From Amoebidium appalachense (Eukaryota; Protista; Ichthyosporea), in contig CAVNZM010000003.1 of the NCBI GenBank assembly GCA_963693365.1, positions 13,734,914-13,798,913 of the forward strand: a stretch of 64,000 nucleotides of DNA. The letters are read 5' to 3'. The notes beneath the pieces were generated by a model. That model was not told where the DNA came from. It ran no database searches and worked only from the letters and a program-made list of their open reading frames with translations. This document shows, one piece after another, positions 1-15,018 of this stretch (positions are counted from its first letter, which is position 1; every line of letters begins with the position of its first letter). Position numbers and translations under genes: made by a program.

Positions 1-262
1 CTTAAACCAACCACCGCTTCTCCTTTTTTAGCGTCTGGGCGCGGACCAACCTAGAGCCACATTTCTCAAATGAGTCTCACCAATCATGAGAATCGATCAA
101 ATTGTGTCACAATGCCGATGTCGACATTCGACAGAGCCAGTTTCTTCGCGCCCTTTTCAGCCCGGCGGCTACACGGCGTCATGGAAATTGTGCACAGAAT
201 GACGTCACCAATGTGGCTCTCCGCCCAGCGGCTAAAATGGAAGTAGCGGTGGTTGCTTTAAA
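1..262. repeat. Imperfect long inverted repeat (MITE-like or hairpin) in an intron; left end possibly cut by the window edge
   Basis: Bases 1-63 (cttaaaccaaccaccgcttctcc...ctgggcg...agagccacatt) align with the reverse complement of ~205-262 (aatgtggctct...cgcccag...agcggtggttgctttaaag), including a perfect 11-bp pair agagccacatt/aatgtggctct. Confidence 0.55.
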
Positions 263-306
263 GAAACCCCTCTTCTACGGACTGACCATTTCATCTCCCA
301 CTGCAG

Positions 307-2311
<2,005 letters not shown>

Positions 2312-2353
2312 GTAGAACAGTCGTCAACACAAGCAAAACAAGTACCCAATCAT

Positions 2354-2388
<35 letters not shown>

Positions 2389-2524
2389 GGCTCCCTCCCC
2401 CTCCCCCCCACCACCACCACCACCACCCACCCACTCCCGGCCACACACGCACTTGTACACCCTTGGGTTTTTTTTTTATTTTGTCAACACAAGCAAAACT
2501 AATATTAGTTTTTCGTCCCCCCCC

Positions 2525-2566
<42 letters not shown>

Positions 2567-2981
2567 ACCACCACCACCCCAAACCACCCCCCCTCCCCCT
2601 GTTTACTTGTGATACATACTCTTCGTGTATGCTTTTCTGTGTATCTGCACTACGTTGTCCGGTGCAAGTGTGTACTTCGTATTCTGTAACAAGTTCTAAC
2701 CTCCCCCCTCCCCCCTCCCCCCCTTGCATGCTCTAAGGTTCTGCTGTGTTTGTAATGTTGGTATGGTCTGGGTTGTGATCGGCTTTCTCTCCCCTCACCC
2801 CCCCCCTCACCCCCCCCCCCTCACCCTCCAGGGCGCCTTTTTCTTTTTCGGCCCCTCATTTAATTGTTGCGGTTCTCACTTTCAGCTTCCATTACATGCA
2901 TTGCCCCCCCCCCCCCCCCCCCCCCGGGTACCCGTCCCCTTACACGCACACACACACACACACTCGCACTCGCACTCACAT

Positions 2982-3084
<103 letters not shown>

Positions 3085-3127
3085 CCCACCCACACACACG
3101 GACACACAAACACCCACCCACACACAC

Positions 3128-3200
<73 letters not shown>

Positions 3201-3644
3201 GCCCAAGGATGCGGTGATGCCGCACAACCGCCTGCCGTTCAACCCTGGGGCAGCGGGTCTCCCTCCACACATCAACCAACGATGTTGCTCCATTTCATAA
3301 CCTTGAAAGGGGGAGTTCTCTCTCCCTCTTGTCTGTCCCTCTCTCTCCCTCTTTCTCCCCCCTCTGTTCTGTGTCGGGTTTCTCATTTTTTGTGACGTTT
3401 TGTTGTTGTCCTCTGGTGTCTCCTCCATATTTCCAACCCTAACACATACATCACCCCCTCTCTGTTTCGATTTCTCTCTCGTTCCCTGTGTCTCAATATA
3501 TATATCTCTCTGTCTCTCTCTCTCTCTCTCTCACCCTCGCTCGCTCGCGCTCTTTCATATCCCCCCCTCCCCCCCCCTCTCTCCCCCTCCACACCTCTGT
3601 TTTTTCAATCTCCCTCAAAATCTTGCGCACTCTCTCTCTCCCTT

Positions 3645-3696
<52 letters not shown>

Positions 3697-4320
3697 CCTC
3701 CCCCCCTTCCTTCCCGTTTCAATCTGCCTTATTCCCTATCGCTCACCCCCCTCACCTTCCCCCCCCCCCCCCCCCCCCCCCTCCTCAGCCCCCTTCCGTC
3801 CCCCCTCCCCCCCCCCCAACCCCCTCCCCCCCTCCCCCCAAACCCCGCCCTCTTTTGTCTTCCGTTGCCCCTTCCCCTTAGTTTTTATGTTTTTCTTCCA
3901 TCGACTCCTATACGTGTGTGACTCCCATACGTGTGTGTGTGTGTGTGTGTGTTTGGGGGGGGGGGGGGGGGGGGGGGGAGGGTGGGAGGGGGGGGGGGGG
4001 GGGTACTTAAAGTACCTGTAAGACACGCAACAATTTAGCGCAGTAGAAATTTAGGTAAGAATTATAGGTGTACAGTATGTATTGTGCCCGTGTGGATGGT
4101 AAGAGGTAAGGTGTTGTGGAGTTGCGTTTGCTTTGAGTGATGAAACAATTTGAAAGCTGTTATGTAGCTGTTTTGGTTTTGTTTCTGGTGTTAGGGATAA
4201 TTGAGCGTGTGGCCGTGCGTGTGGCCGTGGTTGTGTCTTTGGGCATCCGTGTTCCAAATTAGTATATGTATGTAGGTGTGGCTGGTTTTTCTTTTTTGGT
4301 TTTTTTTTTCTTCCCTTTTT

Positions 4321-4388
<68 letters not shown>

Positions 4389-4778
4389 GGTGGATGTAGG
4401 AATGGACGTTTATGTGCTTGTGTGTAGGAGGGGGAAGGGTGGGGGGATGATGCTGTCTGTAAACGCGGGGAAACTGCTCTGAAGTTCTGCATGATAACTT
4501 CTGTATGTAACCTATGTATCGGTATGAATAAATTAACTTTTAGAGTAGCCCAGTGATTGGTTGTACATGTATGTAAGATTACACTAATGAACTGTGATGT
4601 CAAAGGGTTAGCCTGTTAGGTTAGTAATAAGTTGTACCGATTTAATGTTTGATCCGACTATAAATAATGGTAGATATACAAGTAAATGCATAATGAACGC
4701 TGTGTTTTTATGTTCGCATAGATATGATACCCCACACACATACCTTTTGCAGACCCCCCCCCCCCCCCCCCCCCCTTG

Positions 4779-4809
<31 letters not shown>

Positions 4810-5173
4810 ACCATAACTTAACGTAGGCACGTGCCGACACAATTGCAAGCGCGCACTCACCTCCCAATAATTATTCCCAAGCCACTATAATCTTCCTGTG
4901 CATGCGCGCTTACAAACGTACATGAACAGAGCCCTACTCAAGTGTGACATGTTTCTTGGCAGAATTTGCACCCCCGCACAGCCCTAAGCCCCCCTCTTGC
5001 GTTTTGCATTATCAACCATCTGCAAATGTCCACCGGCGATTAATCAACGGTTGACCCCTGTGACCTCAGACTCGAGCTCTGAGGTCCCTTTGCGATCACC
5101 CAAGATTAGGTGTCCCTACCCAATTTGGTTGGCTACCCCCGCCCCCACCCCCCCCCCCCCCCCCCCCCCCCCC

Positions 5174-5231
<58 letters not shown>

Positions 5232-5259
5232 CACGTACACACACATACACACACACACA

Positions 5260-5314
<55 letters not shown>

Positions 5315-5478
5315 TGCCAGGCTTCGAATCACTCAGAATCATCAGCCTGCAAGCTCTCTGTGAACTCTCTTGATTGGCGAAGAGTTTTTTTTTTGTGTGT
5401 GTGTGTGTGCGTGCGTACGTGCATTCACATATGCCGGTGTGTGTGTGTGTGTGTGTGTACATGTGTGCGCGCGCGTGC

Positions 5479-5554
<76 letters not shown>

Positions 5555-5624
5555 ACTCAACGGTTGGGTCCGGGCCCCGGCGGTTGGCCGGTTCACCGTG
5601 TGGTTTGTTGGGCAGGGCGGGGTG

Positions 5625-5665
<41 letters not shown>

Positions 5666-6574
5666 TCTCCCCCCCCCCCCCAGAGCTCCCACCGGTCACC
5701 CACCCACCCACCCAGGCAAACAGCCTGATGCGGCGCACGAATAATGTGCCAGGCACATCATATGCGCATGCACAGCTGCTCTTACGTGAGCGCCAACTTA
5801 TTTGTTCCGCGAGCCTCAGTCAGTGCATATGAAGTTGTTGGCCCCCCCACTGGGCCCCGGAGGCCCGGACACCCGAGCCCGGGGATCAGGCACGGGACAC
5901 TGATCAGACTTCCTGGTGATAGCACCATAATGCCATGCCATATGTTGAATCAAGAGAAATCGCATGTGTATACATACTGTACGTTATTTTCAATGAATAA
6001 GGAAACGGTCCGTCCAAATGCAACAATGGCACAAAGTTCAGTTGTCATCACGCCGCACATGTGCTCTGGAACTTGATCATGAAGTCAGACTCAAGAAGTC
6101 GTACGTGCACATGTGAATTCGAATGACTTACGCGTGACTCCGGGGCAAACCCACAGAATGTGTGACCCTCCTTCAAAACAAGCTCAAATTTGCAGAACTA
6201 CGTAGATTTTTAAAAACATGCTATGTTTGTTATCGTATCAGAATAGGTCTAAAATTTTATAGGAATTTTTATTTACATGAAACCGTTGAACCAAGAATTT
6301 CATTATTGCAAACGATGTACAATACCGTGCACGGTGGCATGAATTGTATCGGCCAATTGCAAAGAGCGTAGAAAGGCTTTGCAGCGAATCAGTGAAAAGT
6401 GACAACCTGGCTTTTTTTAAATTTTGTCCCTACTGCAAATTAATTTAAAAACAAATGGCAGAAAAGACCCATGGCCTAGGTAAATAATATAAGCTTTTCC
6501 TTATGAAAATGGTTGGTTTATTTAAAACGGTTTATGATCCTCATGGGGATTTAGGGCCTTATGAAAAGATCCTG

Positions 6575-7915
6575 TGTATCTAGGTGATATTCAGGGGCAA
6601 GTTGGATACCAGATATATCTGGTGATAATCAGGGCACCCCCGAGATCTATCCGGTGATATTCTGGGGGGGTGAAGAGGTGATATATCCTGCGCTCAGAGG
6701 CAGGATGGGGTTTACACACTTTTTATTGCGTGGACACTGCCGGAGGCCCAGCCACATTCGACGGCCTACTGCGTTTTCCAGCGCAGCCAATCAAATGCAG
6801 CCAGTGACATATGTACATGCTAGGCAACAATGAGCGCCATCGTAGTATTTGACACCCCTATTACATATTATGGGTAAGCATAGGCTAGCATCGGTAGCTC
6901 CGAAAGAAAGTTAAGGCACCGGATCACAATAACATACTGCCATGCAGCATTAATAAGGTGATCTAGGATAGTCATCTTAAAACGGATATATTGAGGAAGA
7001 GAGGAAGAAAAGAGAATAAAACCGCCCATAACCTCCGGTTCTAATACGTTAGCTAACAGGTTGCACTTATTGATAGATATGCAGCCGCGAGTAAACCGCC
7101 CCCCACACATATTACACATACAAGCAGGAGACACCAGAAACCGATTACACCGCCAAGCCATAATCATCTTTGCGTTTTTACACCACACCACATTACGAAT
7201 AAACGAATCTATGTATGAACGAGACTCTCTATCCGTATCCGCCATATAGGCTACTAGTAGTTTTGGGCTTTTTCGGTCAGTTCTCTCACTTCATCAGACA
7301 CGTTTACTTTTTGTGAAACCAAGCGTTCTTAACCACGCGCAGTCATGTCTGCCGCCGCCTTCTCTATGGCGGCTATTATCGGCACTGGCGAGAGTGCCCC
7401 CGTCGAGTCCAACATGCAGATGGACACCAAGTGTTGTGCCTGAAACTGTCGTTGTTCCTGAAGTAACCCAGCAAGTCGCGCCCGTGCCCAACTGAACGCG
7501 TTGTTCGCCTTCCAGTCGGCCAATTTGCCCAAGGGTGCAGCCATCGAACGGCCACGCAAGATGCAGACGAAAAAGCCGCCCACACACACACACACGCACA
7601 CACACATACACACACACACACACACACAGCGTGCGCACACGTGTGTTCGCCTTAGATATTCGGGTGATAACCTTAGTCAGTAAGTTGTCTGGACTGGATA
7701 CTTGGGCCTGATAATCAGGGCACAAATAGGATACTTTTGATATATCTTTTGATATTCAGGGAGGTTTTCGGGATATGTTGAGACGATACTCAGGGCATTC
7801 TCGAAAAAAAAAAACGGGATAATCTGGGGCCTTTGCGATATTTTCGTGATATATCCAGGTTGATACTCAGGGCGAAAAACAGGATATCTGAAAGAGTTCG
7901 ACGATTTTCAGGGTA
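6575..7915 (+). repeat. Degenerate array of GATA(T/A/C)TC(A/T)GGG motifs in two blocks (6575-6700 and 7655-7915), separated by inserted sequence
   Basis: Motif copies at about 6586, 6624, 6656, 7710, 7751, 7786, 7818, 7862 and 7903, spaced ~32-45 bp and all in the same orientation. Confidence 0.6.
6703..7262 (-). mobile_element. Non-LTR retrotransposon family B, 5'-truncated 3' fragment (copy B1)
   Basis: Highly similar to 12030-12590. Encodes WRCNRF..CNMCGGRFTRGC..C..TILDHLIN..VIRCLNFL, which aligns with the family A ORF2 C-terminus (WRSNKY..C..FNRSC..C..NILDFILN..FIRCIDWL). Ends in gtgtaaaccccatcc. Confidence 0.8.
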
Positions 7916-7924
7916 CTGCGCTGC

Positions 7925-8410
7925 GCACTTTGTTTCGTACTCGGTTTGTGCCTCCCTTAATCAGTATGTTTGGATTGTCGTCTGCTGTTTGTCGTATGGA
8001 GGAATTGTCTCTTCGTTTTTGTTTTCATTTAGTTAGGCTACCTGATGGTCACCCTCTTTATGCTTTCTTTCCCCTCCCTCCCTCCATCCCTCTTCCCCCC
8101 CGATTCACCAACGCTACTTCTGAATGTCCTCAGCCTACCCTCTTTCAACCTGATTCTTCCTCTCGCTATCTCACTCCCTCTTTCTTTTCTCTTCCTGTTT
8201 TTTCTGCCTTTTCGCGTTATTACCATACGCAGTATAAGTTTCTTTCTCGTTCTGATAGAGAAATGTTGATAGGTGTGAGTTTTTATGTCGCGTTTTACCT
8301 CTTTCCCTACGGGTGTCTGCTATACTAGCTGGCAATGTGAACACTTTAGACTTTTTGTTGTTTCTGTTGGTCGTTACATTGAGTATTTATATGATTTTCA
8401 CACAGTGTTC
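7925..8410 (+). mobile_element. Degenerate fragment of a third related LINE (family C), ORF2 C-terminal region with internal deletions
   Basis: PPLISMFGLSSAVCRMEELSLRFCFHLVRLPDGHPL aligns with family A PVTLSIYGLVPIAARVSYLALKFNKHISRLKKYLPSHPL. Downstream NVNTLDFLL resembles NYNILDFIL. Confidence 0.6.
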
Positions 8411-8545
8411 AGGTATCTCAGTATGCACTTGTTACTGGATAACTCGTGAAGTTTTTATTGTCTTCTCAGTATGCCGTGCATACTTGCATATTTTTCCGTC
8501 GAATAAATCCAGTCAAAAGAAAAAAATATTTTCATAAGGCCCTAT

Positions 8546-9140
<595 letters not shown>

Positions 9141-9563
9141 GGGGTGTACGTAGTACGGAGTACAGTATGCGTCCACGCATAACATACCGCCCCGACAAGG
9201 GTCGAGGTCGTTATGTCAAATTTTAATTAGTATCTAAAAATAGGCTCCCAGAGCCCGTCTCGATTATGTTACCCCCCCCCCCCCCCCCCCCCCCCCCCCG
9301 CCCGCCCTCCCGCCCGCCCAGGAGGCCACACTGGGCCTCTCCATCGGGCGGGGAATCCGCGAACCGCTAAATGACATAAATATAGTAGTAAACAAATAGT
9401 AAATTGATCAAATGAATGAATAAACAAAGAATACTTATACTAGTTCCTTTTTGAGATGGTGAAAAAAAAAAAAAAGGGAAATTCGGAAGAAAAAAAAAAC
9501 TTTGAAAAAAAAAAAAAAAAAAAAGAAGCTGAAAGCGTGAAAGCCTATGTGTGTGTGTGTGTG

Positions 9564-9660
<97 letters not shown>

Positions 9661-9821
9661 AAATCTAAATCAATACTTGAAAGTCTAGCATTTAGTACAT
9701 CAAGTCCCCCCCCCCCCCCCCCCCCCCCCCCTCCCCTCCTCCCCAACCCGCTAAATAAGTAAATATAGAGGAAATCAATAAGTAATTGATTTAAATAATA
9801 ATAAAAACATACTAATTTTTT

Positions 9822-9844
9822 TCAAGGGGACCAAACCAAAAAAG

Positions 9845-9878
<34 letters not shown>

Positions 9879-10328
9879 CAACTCATACAAACAAGGACGT
9901 ACTAGTCTTTCTGCTCCCTCACACCTTACTCTCACACCACGAATTTGGCACCACACACCTACACGAGTAAGAGGCAACCCCTCCCCCTTCGCCTCATACA
10001 AATCCGTATTCAGGGTTTCATCAAGCTCCAAACCATTACCGTAACTCACACGGAAAAGACTCAGCGATTCCGCGTGTGTGGGGGCTCTGCGGCTCTCTAA
10101 ACTCTCCATGTGCGAGCGCAATTGTGCTTTTGCCGTTTCGGCTTGTGCAATTGCACGTGTGGTTGCGTTGTTGATTGTGTTGTTTGCGTTTACAAAACCC
10201 TCAGAAATGATTGCTTGGGCTTCTTGGGTAGTTTCCTGAAACTTGTCTGTGGGCTCATTTACTGTGTGCAGTGCACTATCCAACGCCCCAAGTGCAGCTG
10301 CCTGCACCTGGACTACTGGCTTGGTCAT
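9822..10328 (-). CDS. Hypothetical protein or gene fragment (Ala/Thr/Gln-rich, helical N-terminal half)
   Basis: ATG-initiated 168-aa ORF with non-repetitive, protein-like composition until it runs into (GT)n. No recognised motif. Confidence 0.3.
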
Positions 10329-10806
10329 GATCGGTGGGTTTAATATGCATTCAACCTGCCTATATGACTAGGATGTAAAAACTAGCTATACAAGACTGCT
10401 TCGAACTAGTTGGGGCCTTCGTATGTTTCTGCTCGTTTATCGACATAGTCGGCCACATGAGTCCTTTGCATACCATGCGATGGGCGGCCGCCGCCTATCA
10501 TTGGCCCTGCCGAGCTTTGGGCGGTCGTTGAAATCACGGCGAACCACTGTTTTGTCTGGGAAAGAGATCGAAATACTAAAGATAGGGGGTCTAAACTGAC
10601 CAGATAAACCCGATAATTCGTCCTACTATGTATAGGACCCCTTGGTGCGCTAACATAATCCCGAAAAATGACCGAAGTCAGTATGTTAAGATTTTTGAAA
10701 ATCGGCGTCGACGTTATGTTGTGCGCGGAGTATGTTACGCGCGGACGCATACTGTATTATGGATTACACATTCCAAAGGATAAAAATAGTAGAGATAAAA
10801 TTATCC

Positions 10807-11002
10807 GGGGGTTTACGCTGTTTACTCGAGGCAAAGAGAACCAGTCTCAGGTATGGGGGGGGGGGTTTTGCTCGGAATATCCCCTCAGCGGTATATCATG
10901 ATCACGTACATAGATGTCGGGTGGTGACTATATATCAGGGTTTACTTTCTCTACGAGACACCATAAAGACTACAAGGAGAAATCAATTAGTTGGGGTTCC
11001 CC

Positions 11003-11043
<41 letters not shown>

Positions 11044-11075
11044 GGGCTCCCCTCGGGACACTCGGTATCAGCTGG

Positions 11076-11126
<51 letters not shown>

Positions 11127-11961
11127 TGTGTGTGTGTGCGCGTGCGCTATAATTTTGTAGTGATGTGTTTCTCAAGCCAATCAATACATCTAATAAACAG
11201 GTCGTAGTTACGCGTGTTTAGTATAAAATCAAGGATGTTGTAATTTACAGGTAGGCTATCTTTCTGGGTGTCTGTTGTGAATGTGACGTGTGTGTGTTGC
11301 GGTATTATGTGGTCTATCAAACTACATTTGGCGATACATGACCGGTTAAACTGGTGTGTGTGTGTGTTGTTTGGGCATGCAAATGATGCCACCTTATACT
11401 TATTAGATCTCCACTGTATAGCACGTGTACAGTAAAAGCGTGGTAATTGATCAATAATACCATCAGCTAGAGAAAGACCAGTTCTACAGGAAGGTAATAT
11501 GTATTTAGGTGTTATACACTTGCGAGTGCCATATTTGGCAATATGGTTGAGGCGGTCAGTATATATAAAACGAGACATAAGGCTTAGTTTTTCAAGGTGT
11601 ATGCTTTCATCGGGTCTAGTGTCGTGTGGTATCTTTTTCCATTTGTTATATTGCGTGATTATCTTGTGATTGTGTACATGTTTAATAAGTAAGTGGCAGT
11701 CCAAAGTCACACACACACTATTGCGGGGTTTATTTGTATTTGTGCCCAGGGGAGAAGGGGAGAGAGAGGGGAGGAAAGAGGGGAGAGGTGAGGAGGGGAC
11801 AGGTCGGATAGAGAAGAGAGGGTGGGAGGGCAAATACTTCTTTAAGCGGCTTATGTGCTTATTGAATTTCAGCGCGAGATAGGATACTCTAGCAGCTATT
11901 GGGACCAGACCATATATCGAGAGCGTTACAGGCCCAGGTTTACAACAGTTGTTAGATAGAA
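10807..11961 (-). mobile_element. LINE family A, 5'-truncated copy (A2, ~1.15 kb)
   Basis: Near-identical reverse complement of ~29142-30330. ORF 11147-11833 reproduces the ORF2 C-terminus with one P>L change. Confidence 0.95.
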
Positions 11962-11971
11962 GCTCTTCTAT

Positions 11972-12960
11972 GGATGGGGTTTACACAAGGCCTCCTAAAT
12001 ACCACACGGTGTGGTATTTAGGAGGCCTTGGGTTTACACACTTTTTATTGCGTGGACACTCCTGCCTAGCCACATTCGACGGCCTACTGCGTTTTCCAGC
12101 GCAGCCAATCAAATGCAGCCAGTGGCATATGTACATGCTACAATAGGCAACAATGAGCGCCATCGTAGTATATGACACCCCTATTACATATTATGGGTAA
12201 GCATAGGCTAGCATCGGTAGCTCCGAAAGAAAGTTAAGACACCGGATCACAATATCATACTGTGCAGCATTAATAAGGTGATCTAGGATAGTCATTTTAA
12301 AACGGATATATTGAGGAAGAGAGGAAGCCGGAAAAGAGAATAAAACCGCCAATAACCTCCGGTTCTAATACGTTAGCTAACAGGTTGCACTTATTGATAG
12401 ATATGCAGCCGCGAGTAAACCGCCCCCCACACATATTACACATACGAGCAGGAGACACCAGAAACCGATTACACCACCAACCCATAATCATCTTTGCGTT
12501 TTTACACCACACCACATTACGAATAAACGAATCTATGTATGAACGAGACTCTCTAACCGGATCCGCCATATAGGCTACTAGTAGTTGGTGTTTTTGCCGT
12601 TCTAACACCGGAAGGGACTCAACACGTAGAGTAAAATGATATCTATCAGCCATAGACTTGAAACTATTCATATTCACACTATGATCTACAGCCGTAGCCG
12701 TACCTCCGGTGGGGTCGCCAGCCATTCCACATAACGCTCGGCAATGGGCAGAGACGATGAGGAAGGGAAGAGGTAGAGGGGCGAGTCCGGCGGGGATGTG
12801 TGTAGCCGGAAGAGCGGGTGGTCCGGGGCACAAGCGGACAGGCGGGTGATGTGCTCCGGTGAAATTTAAGGGCTAATTCGTGTACGCGTTGTGATGGTGG
12901 TGTGAGTGCGCATTCGGTTGTTCCCTGTACTGCTCACGCCTTGGAGGTCTACCGATAAGG
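11972..12960 (-). mobile_element. LINE family B, 5'-truncated copy (B2), terminus interrupted by a palindromic insert
   Basis: Shares ~550 bp with B1. The extra upstream part encodes RVHELALKFH../HITRL (frameshifted), homologous to family A RVSYLALKFNKHISRL. The 5' boundary is approximate. Confidence 0.8.
11986..12030. mobile_element. 45-bp perfect palindromic insertion with 8-bp TSD (minimal hAT-like MITE or footprint)
   Basis: caaggcctcctaaataccacac-g-gtgtggtatttaggaggccttg (22-bp arms, 1-nt centre), flanked by the direct repeat ggtttaca (11978-11985 and 12031-12038). The empty site is visible in copy B1 at 6703-6725. Confidence 0.8.
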
Positions 12961-13719
12961 GCATAAAGTTTATGCCATTAGCACCACATTTTGTGAAATT
13001 CAAGACAGGGCTTCCCACAAATCACAATATATTCGAATAAAATATTGATTTCATATAAGTGAACAATGTAATAGCTCTGAGTTTAAAAAAAAAAGTTTAT
13101 TATATATTAAAGATTTTGTTTGTATGTGGCTTGGTGTATCTAAACTACTATAGTAAATAAAGAATTCAAATTTGCTTCAAGTTCAAATCACAGTTGTTGT
13201 GATATAGGGGGAACCATGGTAGCCGCCGCCGCCGGCCCGGGCCATGCCAGATAATAAGACTCAGGGTCAACACTGCGAATTTTAGTCTCGTGTTGTGATT
13301 CTAACTTTGGCAAAAACATAGACGGAAGACCGTTTATGTATCTAACAAGTTGGCATCCTTCACGCATTCATAGACCCACTCTACGCTTTTTCTCTTCACT
13401 ACGTATACACAACCATTCTCGACACTTCCTCTTATGATATTTTAGCTGAAACTTCATAGACAAAAGGGAAGGTGACCCATCGAGACATCCAGCTGCAAGA
13501 GCACATCTGGTACATGTTGTAGTGGGTTTCTTAAGAATTTAACCTACAATCATATTTTGCTCAGCTGAAGGGGCCTTGGGCCAGACACATTCACCAAACA
13601 TCAAACATATCACACGTATCCATCCGCTAGCTACAGATCTCCAGCAATCCTTAAACCCCTCTCAACCCAAACAGAACTATTCAACACACCTACAAGAAAC
13701 GTCTAACTGACAAGTAAGG

Positions 13720-14976
13720 ATGGCATCAGCAGTGGCAAAACAGCCAGCTGGACGACGCGTGTCCGAGCCCCCAGGATGGTTGCGTCCGAAGCATTTCGAG
13801 CTGTCAGACTCAAAATCACACACACTGGTTCTGCAAAGTGGTCATGTGCAAACGGTGAATCCAGAACCACAACCCAACCCAACAGGGTTTCAATTTGCGA
13901 CCGCGGGCGCCACCGAGCCGCACGATGCACGAGAGATGCGTCAGGCGTATATTCGTTCAGGGAGAAGAAAAAGCATCACCGTGTTGCAAAACCGGACCAA
14001 ACACTCGACAATCACACAGAACGGGTGGCCTATGGGTAACAGCAGCCCAAGTTGTACGTGTGCGTGCAGTCCTGCGATTGAACATGCGCAACTCATTGAC
14101 AGGGCAAACATGATTACAAGATTGCCACGACACACCACAGCACAACCTCAAGAGGGTTTGACTGTTGCATCACCCAGCTGGGCGCAGAGTGCAAACGGTG
14201 AAAATGGCGACATTTCTCCAGGTGTGCTTCGGCAGGCCAGCACACGTACCCTCCCCGATAGACTCACCAACCACTCTGTTCCATTGGGGGCCGGGGACGG
14301 TGAAATTTTGCGTAGCTCCCGAAGGAGTTTAAGACGCACTGCCAGTGTCCAGTTACGCAAAACGAACTCACCGACGGAAATAAAAAAGGACTCCGGGGTT
14401 CGGCGGACCCCCCAGGGGGTGACTAAGGCCGGGGCGTCGATTGATAGTAAGGATGATGGTGATGTGTCAGGCGGGGAGAAATCACATCTTGCACATGACG
14501 ATGCGGAGCACGCCCCTCCAAGCTCGCCCGCGGTCAACTTTGTTTCGCAGAGGGTATTTGAGCAGGTTTTGCCTAAGAATGGCTCTGTCGAGCCGGTGAT
14601 TAATGGTGCGGAGGTGTTAAACACCGGGTTGGTGTATGTTCATGGGGAAAAGCTGGTGTATTCCGCGCGGGAAGCGTGGTTAACCCTGGGTACAGGCGCG
14701 AACCGCGTAACGGGGGCGGGGATTCTTTACGTGACAAATTTGCGTGGGGTTTTTGTTTGCCTGACGGGCGAACTTCAACTGGATCATGAAACTCAAGTTC
14801 AAAATGTGTCGTGGGGGCTTGAGGCTCTACCGGGGAAGGGGGCGGTGATAAAACCGAAGATGTTTCAGAAAAGAAGGACGAAATTGATGGATGGGGTGGT
14901 GCATTGGAAGAATCAGACAACGGATTACCATATGAAATTTACGGTCATGTCTAAGACTGGTCAGGATCAGGAGTAG
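13720..14976 (+). CDS. 418-aa hypothetical protein: disordered N-terminal two-thirds, C-terminal PH/GRAM-like beta domain
   Basis: Long intronless ATG-to-stop ORF free of microsatellites. GILYVTNLRGVFV resembles the GxLYLTxxRxxF motif of PH-GRAM domains (domain call tentative). Confidence 0.65.
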   Translation: MASAVAKQPAGRRVSEPPGWLRPKHFELSDSKSHTLVLQSGHVQTVNPEPQPNPTGFQFATAGATEPHDAREMRQAYIRSGRRKSITVLQNRTKHSTITQNGWPMGNSSPSCTCACSPAIEHAQLIDRANMITRLPRHTTAQPQEGLTVASPSWAQSANGENGDISPGVLRQASTRTLPDRLTNHSVPLGAGDGEILRSSRRSLRRTASVQLRKTNSPTEIKKDSGVRRTPQGVTKAGASIDSKDDGDVSGGEKSHLAHDDAEHAPPSSPAVNFVSQRVFEQVLPKNGSVEPVINGAEVLNTGLVYVHGEKLVYSAREAWLTLGTGANRVTGAGILYVTNLRGVFVCLTGELQLDHETQVQNVSWGLEALPGKGAVIKPKMFQKRRTKLMDGVVHWKNQTTDYHMKFTVMSKTGQDQE

Positions 14977-14978
14977 GG

Positions 14979-15018
<40 letters not shown>

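Noticed and set aside
9300-9380. GC hairpin followed by gcgaac/gctaa, resembling an HDV-like ribozyme
   Set aside because: The nested double-pseudoknot order could not be satisfied; only a simple hairpin is supported.
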